Shown here piece after piece: positions 53,516-64,000 of a stretch of 64,000 nt of DNA (within the stretch, counting starts at the first letter, position 1; each line of letters starts with the position of its first letter). The stretch comes from Bugula neritina (Eukaryota > Animalia > Bryozoa): positions 31,681,504-31,745,503 of the forward strand of contig OZ037765.1 in NCBI GenBank assembly GCA_964035545.1, given 5' to 3'. Under the pieces are notes generated by a model. That model was not told the DNA's origin. It saw only the letters and a list, made by a program, of their open reading frames with translations, and ran no database searches. A program made the translations under genes and the position numbers.

Positions 53516-54650
53516 GGTTGGGGTCAATTACATGTAAATGTAATTAATTACAATTACAATTACATGAAGATTTGTCAATTACAATTACAATTATAATTAC
53601 AGTTGAAAATAAATGTAATTAATTACAATTACAATTACATGGCAATGTAATTAATTACAATTACAATTACTTTTGTTCTCGCAAGGAATAAATAGAAGTT
53701 ACTTCTAGGGTCCAACTACCAGCGGCAATGGTGAACCTCTTTTGTTTTCTACAGTGATACTATTATGTCATTCCATACCAAATCAACCAACTTTCAAGGA
53801 GTCCCACATCTTTGTGTCTCAGATTTTGCTCATATTTACACTAAATGGACCTACACATGTTCAGATTACCATTCGTGAATATTTCTGGCCTGACACAAAA
53901 ACATTTTGAGAAATTACTACTTTGGTGAACAAAGGTTGGAAAATTTGTGATTTATACTTTTAGACCAATTTATATGTAATTTAAAATTTGATTAGGCGAG
54001 TATTTGAAATTTTTCAAAATTTACAAAGATTTGTTCATATTCAATGATTTTGCATATATGCACACAAAGTATTCTGTAGTATGTGTTGCTACTAGTGCAA
54101 ATTGTTGGGTATTATCAAATCACAGCAAATTTTAAGGCTCAGTCTGGAAAATTGATTGAGATATAGACGTTTATAGATTAGTCTAAAAATAGAAATCACA
54201 AATTTTCCTCAAAATGTTTCTCAACTTTTGTCCACAAAAGTAGTCAGTTCTCAAAAAAATTTTTGTGTCAGGTCAGAAATACTGAAGAAGAGTACTTGAG
54301 GCATGTGTAGGTCTATTTGGTGTAAACATTAACAAAATCTGAGACGCAAATAGACGCGGGCAATTCGGTGAGCTGGCATGGAATGACCCTACTATATTGA
54401 CCTAACTATCTGAACTTGTTATTTAACAGTAGGCATTGTAGAAAAAGGAGTTTTTTAAGATTTAAAAGTTTGAAGTAATTGACATGTAATTATAAAGTAA
54501 TTGTAAAAATCAATTACATTAGATATGTAATTAATTACAATTACAATTACAATTACATTTTTAAACCTCAATTACAAATTACATTCAATTACTTGAAAAA
54601 ATGTAATTAATTACAGCCAATTACAATTACAAATTACAATTACCCCAACC

Positions 54651-54653
<3 letters not shown>
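53513..54653. mobile_element. hAT-like MITE (TIR cagggttgggg, subterminal aattac repeats) inserted in (TA)n
   Basis: cagggttgggg at 53513 and ccccaaccctg ending at 54653; (aattac)n arrays at both ends. The superfamily is inferred from the CAGGG termini. Confidence 0.8.
53765..54389. mobile_element. Nested MITE with long imperfect inverted arms (termini gtcattccat...atggaatgac)
   Basis: Arms of about 190 bp pair, e.g. tctcagattttg/caaaatctgaga, gacctacacatg/catgtgtaggtc, cctgacacaaaaa/tttttgtgtcagg. Confidence 0.8.
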
Positions 54654-54689
<36 letters not shown>

Positions 54690-54705
54690 TAAATATGTAT
54701 ATACA

Positions 54706-54794
<89 letters not shown>

Positions 54795-55314
54795 CGAACT
54801 CAAGACGAAACCATAAGGTACCACCAATCAATAGGTTAGCATGCGTAGTGCACATGTACTCAGACTACCATTGTTAGCCTACTGCCCAGTTGTGTGATTT
54901 TATTACAAATAAAATACCAGTCTGACAGATTATTTTAAGTAACGTATTGTGTTTCAAGTGCATAGAAATATCTTTAGTCTCAGACTGAAAGAAAATAGCA
55001 ATGTGAAAAAGGTTATATCATAAGTGATAAGTTGCAAGTTACAAGTTCGAGACTAAAGTGGGGATAAGGGAAAAATGCTGGGTTTTTATACTCGTCAAAA
55101 AAGTTAGCTTTTGTGTAGTAGCTATAGCTATAATGAATGTGGGGGGAAAAAGCATAATATAGCTGGCCTAGCTAAGATGATATGTGAAAAACTATTATGC
55201 ATTAGGGAAAAGCTTTTCTAGCTTATGTAAAGTCTCAACAAGTACATTTAATCATGATTTATATTAAATTTTTTATTTGTTCAAACGACAAAAATTACTG
55301 TAGGTAAACGAATA

Positions 55315-62160
<6,846 letters not shown>

Positions 62161-63114
62161 AAACGAAGCCAATCAAAGTAGAGTAATACGTCTGGTGAAA
62201 ACAAGATATGTTGCATTGTAAGAATTATAGTATAAGGCCTGGTGGCTACTATTATTCACAATTACATATTTCAGGCCATATGTCTTTTTTCCTGCCAGCA
62301 TAAGTCAATAATTTACCTCCTTTGATAACTTCCACCTATGTATTTATACTTATATATATGCACAGGTATAGAAGTAAATATATTAAAGTTATATATGTAA
62401 ACCTGTATTTATTTTACAGTAAAGATAATAGAGTTATTTGGAATCAGCATGCATAATTAAAGCTAATTATGTTTAGAGACTAAATAAACATGCTCTCATG
62501 AAATTTAAATTCTTTCATTTATATGTTTTGCAGCAAGTTTGTTATTTTGCTATCAATTATATGTGATATAGATACTGCTTTCGATTTAGTCAATCTAAAT
62601 GTTGCTTATGTAGCCCAGTTATACTTTATATTTTCTAGAGAAATAAAAAAAATTTTTTTAAAAAAGATATAAGTGTTGATTGATTTTATTTTATTTTTTT
62701 TATTTATTTTATTTCATTCAAATACAAATTAAGTAAATGAATCAATACTTAAATATCATCAGATAATATCTGAAGACAATAATTTATTTAGATTTTATAA
62801 CATAATATTTATTACTAAATAGAACAAAGAGCCAAAAACATCTAGTGTAAATCAACACTCTGACATTTTACCGCACTGAAATATTATAACTTAACAACAA
62901 AATGGCTGCCAAAATTTAAACTTGTCTCTGTTATACCAAAGATAGGAGTTACAAATTTATAATGTTTTCTTTAATTTGTTTTAATAGTCTAGTCTCAAAA
63001 AAGTCACATTCTAACAGCTCTTTGTTATTAAAAACCCATTTAATACTTGAGTTTCATGAGTAGACAATTACTAGTATTAGTTATGCTTCAGTTTGTACAG
63101 CATCTGAGCTGCCA

Positions 63115-63961
63115 TCAAGTCTGCACAGCAGCGTGTTTCTGGGAATCTTGAACAGCCACCATCTGTGAGAAAACTGAATTCTCATTGGCTAGTAGAGCTG
63201 AAGGAGTGTCAAATTCTATCACCTGTAGGAAAACAGAATTTTCTAAATTATATTTGGCCAACATGTAACAAAATTAGCTTTGGTAACTTTTTGCACTTCC
63301 AACAAAAACAATGCAAATATTCACTATAGGGAATGTTAAAACATAGTTGCTATGCAGCAGGATACAAACCTGTCCTTGATCTAAGACTAGAATCCTATCA
63401 TAGCTGGTTATAGTGTTGAGTCTATGAGCTATAGTCAGCATAGTACAGTCTGAGAATACTTCTTTTATAGTCTCCTGTACCAAAGAGTCTGTCTCTGTGT
63501 CTATGGCTATAATGTAAGTATGTAATGCAAGTACTTATATGCTCAGGTACTGGACTCACATATTATATTTTATTTACCTGCAAATGTTTTTAATTATTCT
63601 AATTCAATGTTTATATAACTATTTTAACAAATACATGCTAATAACTAATGTTATATGTATATTGTTTTGATTACTATACATATGCTATGTCATAGCAGGC
63701 TGGGGCTAGAAGAAAGCTGTTAGGAAAGCACAATATATACCTGCAGTAGCTTCATCTAGGACTAATATTTTACTCTGTCTAAGCAAAGCTCTAGCCATAC
63801 ATATGAGTTGTCTTTCCCCAACTGAGAAATTCTCTCCATTTTCTACTATAGGAGCATCTAATTGTCCAGCTAAAGCTTTGATTGTGTGTTTCACATTACA
63901 TTTCCTTAAAGCTGACCACAAATCTTTATCTTCATACATGTTAAAGGGGTCAAGGTTGTAT
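63115..63961 (-). CDS. Second ABCC5-like transporter, last three exons (the gene continues past the right edge)
   Basis: Exons 63741-63961, 63370-63506 and 63115-63222, the same lengths (221/137/108 nt) as the last three exons of the plus-strand copy; [35 protein letters not shown]. Confidence 0.93.
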
Positions 63962-64000
63962 CTGCAGTATGTAAAAGTTAGTAACCATAGAAATAGATTC

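Noticed and set aside
63115-63961. Second ABCC copy as a haplotig or assembly duplication
   Set aside because: The introns and 3' flanks are strongly diverged and differ in length, so it is a true paralog.

Overview
AT-rich, intron-rich invertebrate animal genomic DNA (GT-AG introns, tRNA-derived SINEs, MITEs, microsatellites); the taxon cannot be fixed from sequence alone. Gene order: IMPACT (minus strand, complete, 7 coding exons), head-to-head with CABIN1 (plus, about 26 coding exons); a complete short-MRP ABCC5-like ABC transporter (plus); a leucine-rich-repeat gene built from five tandem cassette exons of about 141 nt (plus); and the last three exons of a second, convergent ABCC5-like paralog (minus). 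Mobile DNA is dense from 51 to 61 kb: a fold-back mariner, a Penelope-like retroelement with an inverted 3' end that carries hammerhead ribozymes and is interrupted by a probable solo LTR, a second hammerhead-containing palindrome, and nested MITEs in (TA)n. The most notable observations are: (1) the LRR cassette-exon array, with variation concentrated on the predicted binding face; (2) hammerhead ribozymes inside an intron of that gene; (3) near-identical exons but diverged introns between the two ABCC paralogs; (4) minisatellites that amplify splice sites in CABIN1; (5) a uORF whose stop overlaps the IMPACT start codon. Exon boundaries were read by hand and may be off by a few bases.
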